From a virus (lineage: Duplodnaviria; Caudoviricetes), in the IMG/VR virus record IMGVR_UViG_3300034095_001474, positions 182,796 through 246,795 of that record: 64,000 nucleotides of DNA. One strand, written 5' to 3'. Below are positions 50,812-59,109 of this stretch, piece by piece. Position numbers and translations under genes: made by a program. Position 1 is the first letter of the stretch; every line of letters starts with the position of its first letter. A model generated the notes under the pieces. It ran no database searches and had not been told where the DNA came from. It worked only from the letters and a program-made list of their open reading frames with translations.

Positions 50812-52278
50812 TTAATTTTTTTGATTTTCTTCAGATTTATAACCAGATGAATTTATTAAACGTATATAAACATTTGTTTGTGGTGGAGTTCTTTTTGTTT
50901 GTATTTCTTCTACACCTTGGTTATTTTTAACTTTAACTTTATATAGTTTAACTACATCACATATAAAAACATTTGGTTTATCTGATTTTTCTTTTAAAAT
51001 AAGTTCAAAACTATTGTTTGATAATTTAACATTATATTGTCCTTTTGATTTTGAAAGTTCTGAATCATCAATACCTCTATAATAAACAGCCATTTCTTCA
51101 TCATAAACTTTACCTTTTTCTAATACAAAATCAACATCACCACCTTTTGATTTGTAAGGTATTGATACGTTATCCAACGGTGTAAAATTAATTTTAGATT
51201 TTTCTCTAAAATTATTACCAAACCTTTCAAGTTTAGTTTTTTCATAGCTATTTAAAATTTCTTTAACTTTTAATGTTCCAGAACTATCTGGTCCATTATT
51301 TTTTTGTGATGATTTACCAGCAAAAGCTATTTCCCATTCATTTGCAAATGAAGCCAATTGACTTGGTGAAAGTTTTCCTTTAAAATTTAAAATAGCTTTT
51401 TTAAATTTTGGGTCATTTTCTATATATTGCTGCATCTTTTCAGCATCTAAATTACTTCCAGAATCATCTTCATCACCATCTTCTTCATCATCTTTTTTGA
51501 CTTCTGTATTTATAACACTAAATTCTGTAATATTTTTAATTTTTGATTCATTTACTACAATCTTACCATCTTTTGATTCATAGGTAATAATTTTTATGGT
51601 TAACAAACCATCTTCATCAACTTCCATATCATCTTCATTTGTAGATATATCAACACCAGTAATATTAACATTACCCAACGCATCTTCAGTTGATTCTGAT
51701 AATTCAAAATGTATAAAACCGCTTGATTTACTAATAAAATCTAACACTAATTCTTCCAATTTACCATTTGTTTTTAAAACCAACGATTCACCTTCTTTTA
51801 ATGTAACGAGTTCTTCTAAAAATCTTTCTTTAAGTTTTTTATTCTCATCTAAATTAGGTTCATCTAAATTAGGTTCGTCACTAGTATTATCTAAAAGTTT
51901 TCCACCTCTATTAACAGCAATATCTTCAACATTTTTAAGTGTCATTTTACTCCATGTACTACCTTTTAGTGGTTCTTCATTTTTTTGCTCATCATCTTTG
52001 GCTACTTGTATAACTAAATTATTATTATCCTCAAATGACATTTTAGTTAAAAATATTCTTTTACCAAAATATTCACTATTTTTATCTATGTTATCCATAT
52101 AAATCTGACCACTAAAATTTGAAATAACGTTAAAATTAAGTTCTTTACCGTTGGTATTAATAATGATAGTATCACCTTTTTTTATGGTTTTATCTGCCAT
52201 ATCAAAAAATGTTGATTCTAATATAAAAAATTTTAAATTATTATATTGTTCCTCAGTTATGATAAGTTTTTTATTCAT
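50812..52278 (-). CDS. Hypothetical late protein with a K-L-I-I-T-E-E-Q-Y type N-terminus
   Basis: 488-aa ORF with its own TATTTATA motif at 52294-52301. Confidence 0.6.
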   Translation of the reverse strand: MNKKLIITEEQYNNLKFFILESTFFDMADKTIKKGDTIIINTNGKELNFNVISNFSGQIYMDNIDKNSEYFGKRIFLTKMSFEDNNNLVIQVAKDDEQKNEEPLKGSTWSKMTLKNVEDIAVNRGGKLLDNTSDEPNLDEPNLDENKKLKERFLEELVTLKEGESLVLKTNGKLEELVLDFISKSSGFIHFELSESTEDALGNVNITGVDISTNEDDMEVDEDGLLTIKIITYESKDGKIVVNESKIKNITEFSVINTEVKKDDEEDGDEDDSGSNLDAEKMQQYIENDPKFKKAILNFKGKLSPSQLASFANEWEIAFAGKSSQKNNGPDSSGTLKVKEILNSYEKTKLERFGNNFREKSKINFTPLDNVSIPYKSKGGDVDFVLEKGKVYDEEMAVYYRGIDDSELSKSKGQYNVKLSNNSFELILKEKSDKPNVFICDVVKLYKVKVKNNQGVEEIQTKRTPPQTNVYIRLINSSGYKSEENQKN

Positions 52279-52293
52279 ATAAAGTGTTTTAGT

Positions 52294-52301
52294 TATAAAT
52301 A
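52294..52301 (-). promoter_or_regulatory. TATTTATA motif in terminator-promoter cassette 1
   Basis: Minus strand: hairpin-TTTTTGTTTTACTAGATATTTATA. Confidence 0.6.
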
Positions 52302-52312
52302 TCTAGTAAAAC

Positions 52313-52343
52313 AAAAATACCTAGACGTTTATCTAGGTATTTT
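52313..52343 (-). terminator. Intrinsic terminator
   Basis: Perfect 12-bp inverted repeat aaaatacctaga / tctaggtatttt with a 6-nt loop. Confidence 0.8.
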
Positions 52344-52344
52344 A

Positions 52345-52674
52345 TTATGTTGTAGGTATATCACCAGATTTCATTTTATTTTTAAGTGATTCACCACTTA
52401 TTCTAGTAGACCTTTGACCTTTAGAACCTTTAGCTCTATTTTGAGCTTCTTCTCTAAATTTCTCAGCTTCTTCTTCTTTGTCTCTAATATCTTTTGTTAA
52501 CATTCCTAAAAAGAAACGTCTTTCATGTGTAGGCATACTTAATATATCATTATAAGTCATACCTTTTAAGTGTTGAGTGCAAAGATAAATTTCTTCTAGT
52601 AACGGTGCTTTATAGTCTGAAGTTAGGCCAAAAAAAGCTGACGTTAAGAGGAAGAAAGGTCGCAATAGACCCAC
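52345..52674 (-). CDS. Tail chaperone extension ORF (lambda gpT / P2 gpE'-like), probably expressed by frameshift
   Basis: Overlaps the chaperone 3' end by 65 nt in the +1 frame across a T7 run. Its only upstream start is GTG. The protein-like part begins right after the run (GLTSDYKAPLLEEIYL...MPTHERRFF). Confidence 0.6.
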   Translation of the reverse strand: MGLLRPFFLLTSAFFGLTSDYKAPLLEEIYLCTQHLKGMTYNDILSMPTHERRFFLGMLTKDIRDKEEEAEKFREEAQNRAKGSKGQRSTRISGESLKNKMKSGDIPTT

Positions 52675-54019
52675 CTCCAGGGGTCGTCACCTCGATATTT
52701 AAGTCGATGCCACTTTCTATTTTCTCAATATATTCATTCAATGCTCTTGCATCTGCAATTCTCATAGAATTTGCAAAATCTCTAAGGTAAAGTTTATCTT
52801 TATTTCCATTCACTTCAACCAATTGTCTTTCCATTTTATAAGTTGCTGTACTATTTAATGGTGAATTATTAGTTTTATCTTTTTCAACCATTGTTTCAAT
52901 ATCATCAACATCACCAACAGTTAATACTTTAAATTTAATATCCATTTTAGAAATTGGTAATTTAAAATCAAAATGTCCATCTTCATCTGGTTCAGCACCT
53001 AACTCAATATTTTTTAATTCATTCAAATTAATTTCAGTATCAAATGGTTGATTTAATTCATCTAAAATAGTTACTGGATACATTTCACCATAACCAGTCG
53101 CTCTCAACCAAATCATAATAGCATTTCTATCACCAACTGTTAAATCTTTATATCTTAAATCTGGTTCAAGTATTTTTCTATTGATAAGAATTTCTAAAAA
53201 TTCACCACTCTCTAATAAGTTTGGACTAGTAAGAATATTTTCATCAGCAGTAGTCATATAAGACAATCTAATGTTAGCTTTTTTGTTTTTATATAGTTTC
53301 CCTTTAGAAGGTAACGGAATAACGTCAAATGGTGCGTTATAGTTAGGTTGACTCAATTCAAAAATATAAGGATTTATATTTGAAGGGTTTTGACCATAAT
53401 CCATAGTATTATTTACTGGTGGTTGAGATGGTGGTGTTGGTGGCACATAACTATTGTTATTATTGTTGTTATTATAATTATTATTGTTATTATAATTATT
53501 TGGTGCACCTTGTACATTTTCGTTCATGTTGTATGATTCGTTAGGTGTATATAACCCAGTATTTGTATCTGGATTATTATTATTTCTTGCAGAAGCAAAA
53601 TTAGCTTGTTGTTGATATCTTTGAATGTTTTCTTCATTGATTCTCATTTGTTCATCACGAAGCTTAATTTGTTCATCACGAATTTTAGCTTGGTCATCTT
53701 CTTTGATTGTTGTTGAATTTTGTGTAACAACTCTACCAGTTTGTTTTTCAGCCAATGATGGGTCTTGTACCATACTACCTCGTTCTACATTATTCAATTG
53801 TTGTTGAGTTCTATTTCGCATCATCTCAACAGCATTTGCGTGACCATTAACATTATAGTTTTCTGGTGCTTCATTTTGTGTTGGTGGTGGAGTTTTAGAT
53901 TGTTCGTAAATATAATTTGTAACTTGTTTTTTCTCAGCTTCAAATTTTGCTATTCTTTGTTCTTCAGTTTGAGGAACAGTTGATTCTTGTTTAGGGAATA
54001 CTTGGGGTTTTTTTTCCAT
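52610..54019 (-). CDS. Tail assembly chaperone / T4 gp26-like hub assembly protein with a long low-complexity N-terminus
   Basis: DVIPLPSKG...YMTTADENILTSPNL...GDRNAIMIWLRATGYG; ends SFFWPNFRL; lies downstream of the tube gene. Confidence 0.7.
   Translation of the reverse strand: MEKKPQVFPKQESTVPQTEEQRIAKFEAEKKQVTNYIYEQSKTPPPTQNEAPENYNVNGHANAVEMMRNRTQQQLNNVERGSMVQDPSLAEKQTGRVVTQNSTTIKEDDQAKIRDEQIKLRDEQMRINEENIQRYQQQANFASARNNNNPDTNTGLYTPNESYNMNENVQGAPNNYNNNNNYNNNNNNNSYVPPTPPSQPPVNNTMDYGQNPSNINPYIFELSQPNYNAPFDVIPLPSKGKLYKNKKANIRLSYMTTADENILTSPNLLESGEFLEILINRKILEPDLRYKDLTVGDRNAIMIWLRATGYGEMYPVTILDELNQPFDTEINLNELKNIELGAEPDEDGHFDFKLPISKMDIKFKVLTVGDVDDIETMVEKDKTNNSPLNSTATYKMERQLVEVNGNKDKLYLRDFANSMRIADARALNEYIEKIESGIDLNIEVTTPGGGSIATFLPLNVSFFWPNFRL
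52630..52636 (-). other. Candidate programmed frameshift site (AGC-TTT-TTT-TGG)
   Basis: Seven consecutive T on the coding strand; Phe-Phe is encoded in both the 0 and +1 frames. Confidence 0.55.
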
Positions 54020-54102
54020 ATTAAAACTTATTTTTATTTGTTATAACTTTAAAAATAAATATAGGTGAATAAGTTTTTTTGTAAATAGAATCACTATAAA
54101 AT

Positions 54103-54129
54103 AAAAAAACCACTCGTTAAAGTGGTTTT
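54103..54129 (-). terminator. Intrinsic terminator
   Basis: aaaaccact-cgttaa-agtggtttt inverted repeat plus T-tract. Confidence 0.75.
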
Positions 54130-54141
54130 AAAATTTATTTA

Positions 54142-54612
54142 TTAAGCTAATTCGTTTTCTAATATTGAATTAACCAAATTTTTAACATCCATCATAAATT
54201 GATGTCTTTTAATTTCGTCTGGTATCATACTTTGTAAGTTTTCTTTACCATCAATTTTAACATCACCTTTAATTATATTAACCCAAAAATATTTAGGTCT
54301 ATCGCCAATCAATTTATAAAATTCAAGTCTAACATATGTAACTGGGTCAACACCACCAACACCTTTATCGCTCTTAACACCACTCAATTCATATTTATTA
54401 GCTAAAGTTTCTATTTCACTTTTTCTTTCTGGTGAAATATATTTAATTTCTTCATGTTGATTATACTCTTGTTCATAATCATCAAAAGCATTAGCTTCTT
54501 CTAATGATGGTTCAATAACTGATTCTGTCACTATACCTTTAGATTGTAAATATCTTTGTTCAGCTAATAAATTAACCTTTTTAAAATTTTTAAGTTTATC
54601 TGATTTTCTCAT
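54142..54612 (-). CDS. Hypothetical late protein, possibly a head-internal protein
   Basis: 156 aa with a basic N-terminus ending in NLLAEQRYLQSKGIVTE; own terminator and TATTTATA motif. Confidence 0.6.
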   Translation of the reverse strand: MRKSDKLKNFKKVNLLAEQRYLQSKGIVTESVIEPSLEEANAFDDYEQEYNQHEEIKYISPERKSEIETLANKYELSGVKSDKGVGGVDPVTYVRLEFYKLIGDRPKYFWVNIIKGDVKIDGKENLQSMIPDEIKRHQFMMDVKNLVNSILENELA

Positions 54613-54624
54613 AATGTTTTTTAT

Positions 54625-54632
54625 TATAAATA
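54625..54632 (-). promoter_or_regulatory. TATTTATA motif in terminator-promoter cassette 2
   Basis: Minus strand: hairpin-TTTTTTTGTTTTTTATAAGTATTTATA. Confidence 0.6.
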
Positions 54633-54644
54633 CTTATAAAAAAC

Positions 54645-54669
54645 AAAAAAACCTAGAATAATCTAGGTT
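54645..54669 (-). terminator. Intrinsic terminator after the tail tube gene
   Basis: aacctaga-ataa-tctaggtt plus T-tract. Confidence 0.75.
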
Positions 54670-54691
54670 CTTTGTTAGTATTTTAGTTTTA

Positions 54692-55180
54692 TTAGAATAA
54701 TAAGATTGCTCTATCGAAACGTAATGTTGCAGTAATCTCAGCGATACCATCATCATCCATTGATAAGTCACCGAATCCAACGTTTGTTAACATTGTTCCA
54801 TCTAACAACCATTTCTCGATAACAACACCAGTTGGGTCAAGTAATTCTAACTCTACTGGACGTTTGTAACCAGCAGCATAACCTTGACGACCAGTAATAG
54901 ACTCAGAGTGTAAACGAACCCATTCCATGATTGCTTGTGCAGCAGAAGGTCCAATTGGGTCACGGAAAACAACATCGATTGATTCCCAAGTAAATCTACC
55001 GATTACCCATGTAGATGTGTTAAGGAAAGGAATCTCAACTTCATTTTGTGTGATTGAAGGTCTCGAAGCAGAAGATAACCACCATTGTTGGATACCTAAA
55101 TCTGCTGGGAATGTAATTAACCAACGATTCTTTTTCTTAGGCTCGTAAGGTAGGGGCATTTTCATCAATAAATCAGCCAT
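54692..55180 (-). CDS. Tail tube protein (T4 gp19-like)
   Basis: EPKKKNRW...RPSITQNEVEIPFLN...WESIDVVFRDPI...W...GYAAGYK...LDPTGVVIEKW motifs. Confidence 0.9.
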   Translation of the reverse strand: MADLLMKMPLPYEPKKKNRWLITFPADLGIQQWWLSSASRPSITQNEVEIPFLNTSTWVIGRFTWESIDVVFRDPIGPSAAQAIMEWVRLHSESITGRQGYAAGYKRPVELELLDPTGVVIEKWLLDGTMLTNVGFGDLSMDDDGIAEITATLRFDRAILLF

Positions 55181-55214
55181 ATTCTTTTGTTTTTAGTTTT
55201 TGTTCTTATTTAAT

Positions 55215-55272
55215 TATAAATATTATAAGAATTATTTTTTTATTAAAAAAGTTTTATTCTTTACTATAAATA
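55215..55272 (-). promoter_or_regulatory. Two TATTTATA motifs upstream of the tail tube gene
   Basis: Plus-strand tataaata at 55215-55222 and 55265-55272. Confidence 0.55.
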
Positions 55273-55291
55273 TGAAGAAATTGAAAATAAG

Positions 55292-55322
55292 TTTGATTTT
55301 GTTTATTTTTTTCGTACATTTG
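55292..55322 (+). promoter_or_regulatory. Bacteroidota-type promoter for the plus-strand gene at 55340
   Basis: TTTG-N19-TACATTTG on the plus strand. Confidence 0.75.
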
Positions 55323-55339
55323 TATTTAAAATCTTTTTT

Positions 55340-55639
55340 ATGACAAAATTAATTATTACACAAGAAAAACTTTTATCGGAATATACCAAATCAATGAACC
55401 ACTTAATCGATGAATGTGATTGGATAACGCATATTTCTGGTGAAATGGTTTGCGGAATTATCGTTGGTGTTATAATAAAAAAGAAAATAAACGTATCAAT
55501 TTCTAGTGAAGAATTATATAAATTATATGATACCCATGTTAAAAGTTTAAATTTACCAGATGGTGAATGGCAAGAAAAATATGGTATTCCAGAAATAATT
55601 GAAATAATCTATACTATCTTGGAAACTATTTCTGAATAA
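55340..55639 (+). CDS. Small hypothetical protein, early-type expression
   Basis: 99-aa ORF 17 nt after a consensus promoter; abuts the convergent gene with no gap. Confidence 0.7.
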   Translation: MTKLIITQEKLLSEYTKSMNHLIDECDWITHISGEMVCGIIVGVIIKKKINVSISSEELYKLYDTHVKSLNLPDGEWQEKYGIPEIIEIIYTILETISE

Positions 55640-56047
55640 TTATTTATCCTTTAATATTTTTTTTACCAAACTAAAATTATCCATAGTGTAACCCAATTTA
55701 TTCTCTTTAGAATATTTGTTAAAGTTTTTCGATATTGTATCAGCGTTATATAATATGTTTGAATCCGTAAAACCTTTCGATTTCAAGTCAGCCATCAATT
55801 CTTTTCTATTGGTTTCACTTTCCAATGAATCTTTTATTGATTTCATAACTTCGGGATTTGTTAACGCTTTATCAGCAGTTTTTTCATTGTATCCTTTTAC
55901 ATCTAGACCCATTAGTTTAGCAACACCTAACAATACTTCGTTAGAATGATTTAAACCTTTTTGTTCGGCTTCCATTAATATTCTAGATTTTTGCTCGTGC
56001 AAAATAATTCTATTATATTGTTCGTTTGTTATCTTTAATCGTTTCAT
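55640..56047 (-). CDS. Hypothetical late protein with a K-I-T-N-E-Q-Y type N-terminus
   Basis: 135 aa; TATTTATA 3 nt upstream. Confidence 0.65.
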   Translation of the reverse strand: MKRLKITNEQYNRIILHEQKSRILMEAEQKGLNHSNEVLLGVAKLMGLDVKGYNEKTADKALTNPEVMKSIKDSLESETNRKELMADLKSKGFTDSNILYNADTISKNFNKYSKENKLGYTMDNFSLVKKILKDK

Positions 56048-56050
56048 ATA

Positions 56051-56058
56051 TATAAATA
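56051..56058 (-). promoter_or_regulatory. TATTTATA motif in terminator-promoter cassette 3
   Basis: Minus strand: hairpin-TTTTTTGTTTTTATAGATATTTATA. Confidence 0.6.
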
Positions 56059-56069
56059 TCTATAAAAAC

Positions 56070-56094
56070 AAAAAAGCCCTCGTTTGAGGGCTTT
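56070..56094 (-). terminator. Intrinsic terminator after the tail sheath gene
   Basis: aaagccctc-gttt-gagggcttt, a perfect 9-bp stem plus T-tract. Confidence 0.8.
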
Positions 56095-56116
56095 AATGTT
56101 TAAATTTTAGTTATGA

Positions 56117-58969
56117 TTATACATTGTCAAATGATGCACCAGTATTCATAATTACGAACTCTAATTGTATGAACTCTAATGCTCTTGTTGGTTTCAAGAA
56201 GATTTGTCCAGTCAATTGGTTTCTGTCGATTTCCTCTGGGTCGTTTGATAAAACAACACGGAAATCAGTTAAACCTCTTTGAGCTCTAATGTTATCCAAG
56301 ATTGGGTTAACAAGTGATAAGAATTGGTTTCTTACTACGTTATCATTTTGTTCGAATAACAATCTGATAGCAACAGCAGAAATAAGTTTTCTTGCTTGTA
56401 ATAACAATCTTCTTACGTTGATTCTGTTAAGTGCAGTTTCTTTAACTTGAAGAGTTTTGTTACCCCAAATTTTGATACCGTCAGTAGTGAAAGTAGCGAT
56501 TGGGTTAATTCTATTTTCGTATAAAACATCTCTTTCAGAAAGAGTAAGTTTTTTACGTGCTTGAATTGCATCAACGTTACCTCTTTGAACACCAGCAACT
56601 GCGAACCAAGGGAAAGAAATATTATCTGTGAACGCAATATTTCTTACAACGTCACGTGTAGGTGGCATGAAGATATAAACGTTATTTTCAGTATCATTTA
56701 CTTGAATCCAAGGCCAGTAAGTACATGAGTAATTACTATCATACATACCATCTAAGAAATCAGTTACATCTTCAACATTCATTATATCACCACCACCATC
56801 TAAATCTGGTGTTGTCATGATATATAATGAATCCGCTCTATCTTGCTCAACCATATCGATTGTAGCTTCAATTAAGTTAGAGTTATCAAAGTTATCAATT
56901 CCAGGTGTTGCAAATACGTTAATATTAACAGCTTCTGGGTTTTTGAATGTATAAATAGCCTCTAAATAAGCGTAGTAATCAGAGTTAATACCCATATCAC
57001 CGTTAGAAATAGTTCTATTACTAAAAGCACCAGATGTCAAACCTTTAGAACCTAAAGTACCATTGATTAAGAAACTATCTAAATTACTTCGTCTAGTTCT
57101 ATAAACATCCCATCCATCAAATCCACCAAAAGGTGCAAATGTAAATTTACGAGAATATATTTTTTCGTAATCAGTGTTCAATACACCAGTTTCAGTTCTA
57201 AATTGAGCGTTACCAGTATTGAATAAGAATATTGGAGAATAAGTACCACCAGTAGAATTAGTTACAACAGTAACGTTATCAATTGTAGCACCAGTAGCTG
57301 CGATATCCATATGGAAACCATCAGTTAAACCAGTCCAAATATCTGGACTTGTTGTTTGAGGTACACCTTTATAGTCAAAGAAGTCCGAATCAATACCTAA
57401 TGTTTCAGATAAACCTAAATAGAATTTACGTTTATTTTGAAAAGCACCGTATGTAGTTTTAAATGTTAATTTAGGTGTAACAACAGTAGTGTTACTATTT
57501 TTTTGGTAATCTCTAATAGGGAATCCAATAAATCCAGCTGGGAATGCAGATGAAGTGTTAGTTGAGTCATCTAACTCAGCCAATACATATTTAGACTTAG
57601 AAGGATAAACACCATCCAATGTACCAATTCTTCTTGCAATATAATTGTTAGAAGTTGGGTCCATAGAACATTTAGAGAATGATTCCAATACAGTTGGTTG
57701 AGCATCAGTATCATAATAAGACCTAATTATAACGTCAAACTCTTTTGTATCTAATTTAATATTTCTAATAGAAATTTTGAATTGTTCGTTTGCAGCATTA
57801 CCATCAGAAATAGTCCAGAATCTGAATAATCTCAATACTTTAGTACCACGTAATTCAGATACAACATAAGGTGTAACAGCTGGTTGGTATTCTTTAAGAT
57901 AATCAGAGTATTCATTTGCATAGTTAACAACTACTTGTTTTACCCCTCTAATTTTATTATCAGTGTTGAACGCTTCAAACATTTTACTAAAGAATTCTTC
58001 AGCAAATATTGCAGTGTTACCATCAGCAACTGTTCTACCTAAAGCTCTTGGTAAATAATTTTGTTTAGTTTTATCTAAAGACATTTGGTAATTGAAAACA
58101 CCTTGAGTATTAGAAGTACCAGTTAATGCAAAATTACCTAACGGGTCAGTTGTTGCACCAGTAAGTGATGAATCAAAAACAACACCAGTTGTACCAGTAA
58201 CTTCAAATGCTGGGTATTGTGTATCTAAATCGATACCACCTCTAGAACGTAATAACGCTACAAGTGTGTTCTCAACATCTGAATATCCAGTACCACTATA
58301 ATTTACTGTAACACCAGTAGTTGTACCAGTAATAAAAGCACCAGCACCAGTTGTACCTTTAGCTGTTAATATTAATGTTGTTGATACACCATTAAATACT
58401 GAACCAGTTTTTTTGTAAGTAGTAGGTATTGTAGTTGCACTTCCAGTTCCACCAACAACACCATATGACAATGTAGATAAATTACTAGTTAATGTACCAT
58501 CATCAATAAGTGATTGAATAAGTGGGTCAGCACTAACTAAAGTTACCATTGTATTTGCAGACGTAGCTGTAAATGAAATTAATGGGTTATAAGTAGTTGT
58601 AGCACCAGTAACTACAGTTGTAGAATCAAGTGCTGCATCCAATGTAATACCCCAAGCTTTACCAGCATCATAACCAGAAAGTCCTAAAACTCTAGTTACA
58701 AATAATTGGTTTGCTATAGATAAATATGATTTAGCTATATAAGGTAATTCATATTTTGGAGCTCCAGTGTCTTTTATTTTGGTAGCGTTTTGACCACCAA
58801 AGAATGAATTGAACTCACCGTAGTTACTTACAAAGATAGGTTGGAAAGCTGGACCGATTGTTGTCTCTCCAACTAAACCTAATGTTGTAACGCCTATTTG
58901 ACTTGTTATAAATGATAAGTCTCTTTCTGATGTATAAACTCCAGGACTTACGAATACTTGGTTTGGCAT
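56117..58969 (-). CDS. Contractile tail sheath protein (T4 gp18-like) with insertion domains
   Basis: VSPGVYTSERDLS, FGGFDG, PWFAVAG.QRG, RDVLYENRINPI, WGNKTLQ, LNRINVRRLL, PTRALEFI motifs. Confidence 0.95.
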   Translation of the reverse strand: MPNQVFVSPGVYTSERDLSFITSQIGVTTLGLVGETTIGPAFQPIFVSNYGEFNSFFGGQNATKIKDTGAPKYELPYIAKSYLSIANQLFVTRVLGLSGYDAGKAWGITLDAALDSTTVVTGATTTYNPLISFTATSANTMVTLVSADPLIQSLIDDGTLTSNLSTLSYGVVGGTGSATTIPTTYKKTGSVFNGVSTTLILTAKGTTGAGAFITGTTTGVTVNYSGTGYSDVENTLVALLRSRGGIDLDTQYPAFEVTGTTGVVFDSSLTGATTDPLGNFALTGTSNTQGVFNYQMSLDKTKQNYLPRALGRTVADGNTAIFAEEFFSKMFEAFNTDNKIRGVKQVVVNYANEYSDYLKEYQPAVTPYVVSELRGTKVLRLFRFWTISDGNAANEQFKISIRNIKLDTKEFDVIIRSYYDTDAQPTVLESFSKCSMDPTSNNYIARRIGTLDGVYPSKSKYVLAELDDSTNTSSAFPAGFIGFPIRDYQKNSNTTVVTPKLTFKTTYGAFQNKRKFYLGLSETLGIDSDFFDYKGVPQTTSPDIWTGLTDGFHMDIAATGATIDNVTVVTNSTGGTYSPIFLFNTGNAQFRTETGVLNTDYEKIYSRKFTFAPFGGFDGWDVYRTRRSNLDSFLINGTLGSKGLTSGAFSNRTISNGDMGINSDYYAYLEAIYTFKNPEAVNINVFATPGIDNFDNSNLIEATIDMVEQDRADSLYIMTTPDLDGGGDIMNVEDVTDFLDGMYDSNYSCTYWPWIQVNDTENNVYIFMPPTRDVVRNIAFTDNISFPWFAVAGVQRGNVDAIQARKKLTLSERDVLYENRINPIATFTTDGIKIWGNKTLQVKETALNRINVRRLLLQARKLISAVAIRLLFEQNDNVVRNQFLSLVNPILDNIRAQRGLTDFRVVLSNDPEEIDRNQLTGQIFLKPTRALEFIQLEFVIMNTGASFDNV

Positions 58970-59015
58970 AGTTTTGTTTTTTGTTTTATGTTATTTACTT
59001 TATCGTTTTCTTTAT

Positions 59016-59023
59016 TATAAATA
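59016..59023 (-). promoter_or_regulatory. TATTTATA motif upstream of the tail sheath gene
   Basis: 46 nt upstream of the ATG at 58969. Confidence 0.55.
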
Positions 59024-59071
59024 TTAGGTTTTTTCCAAAAGTAAGTCGAAACAAAAAGATATATTTTTTTT

Positions 59072-59102
59072 AGTATGAATTTTATCATACTTTTATCATA
59101 CT
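59072..59102. promoter_or_regulatory. Operator-like array: AGTATGA / TCATACT palindrome plus an 11-bp direct repeat
   Basis: AGTATGA (59072-59078), TCATACT (59085-59091), TCATACT (59096-59102); TTTTATCATAC repeated exactly at 59080 and 59091. Confidence 0.55.
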
Positions 59103-59109
59103 AATACTA

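Noticed and set aside
51596-52102. 168-aa plus-strand ORF
   Set aside because: Antisense shadow of the acidic 50812-52278 gene; Ser/Leu/Phe-biased composition and no upstream signal.
52669-52682. GGAGG Shine-Dalgarno-like sequence beside the GTG at 52674
   Set aside because: It abuts the GTG with no spacing, encodes the GGG of the upstream protein, and is about 35 nt from the T-run, too far for a typical SD frameshift stimulator.
322-53983. The many 60-110-aa ORFs nested within or antisense to long genes
   Set aside because: They are fully overlapped by well-supported genes, show no recognisable motifs and are expected by chance.
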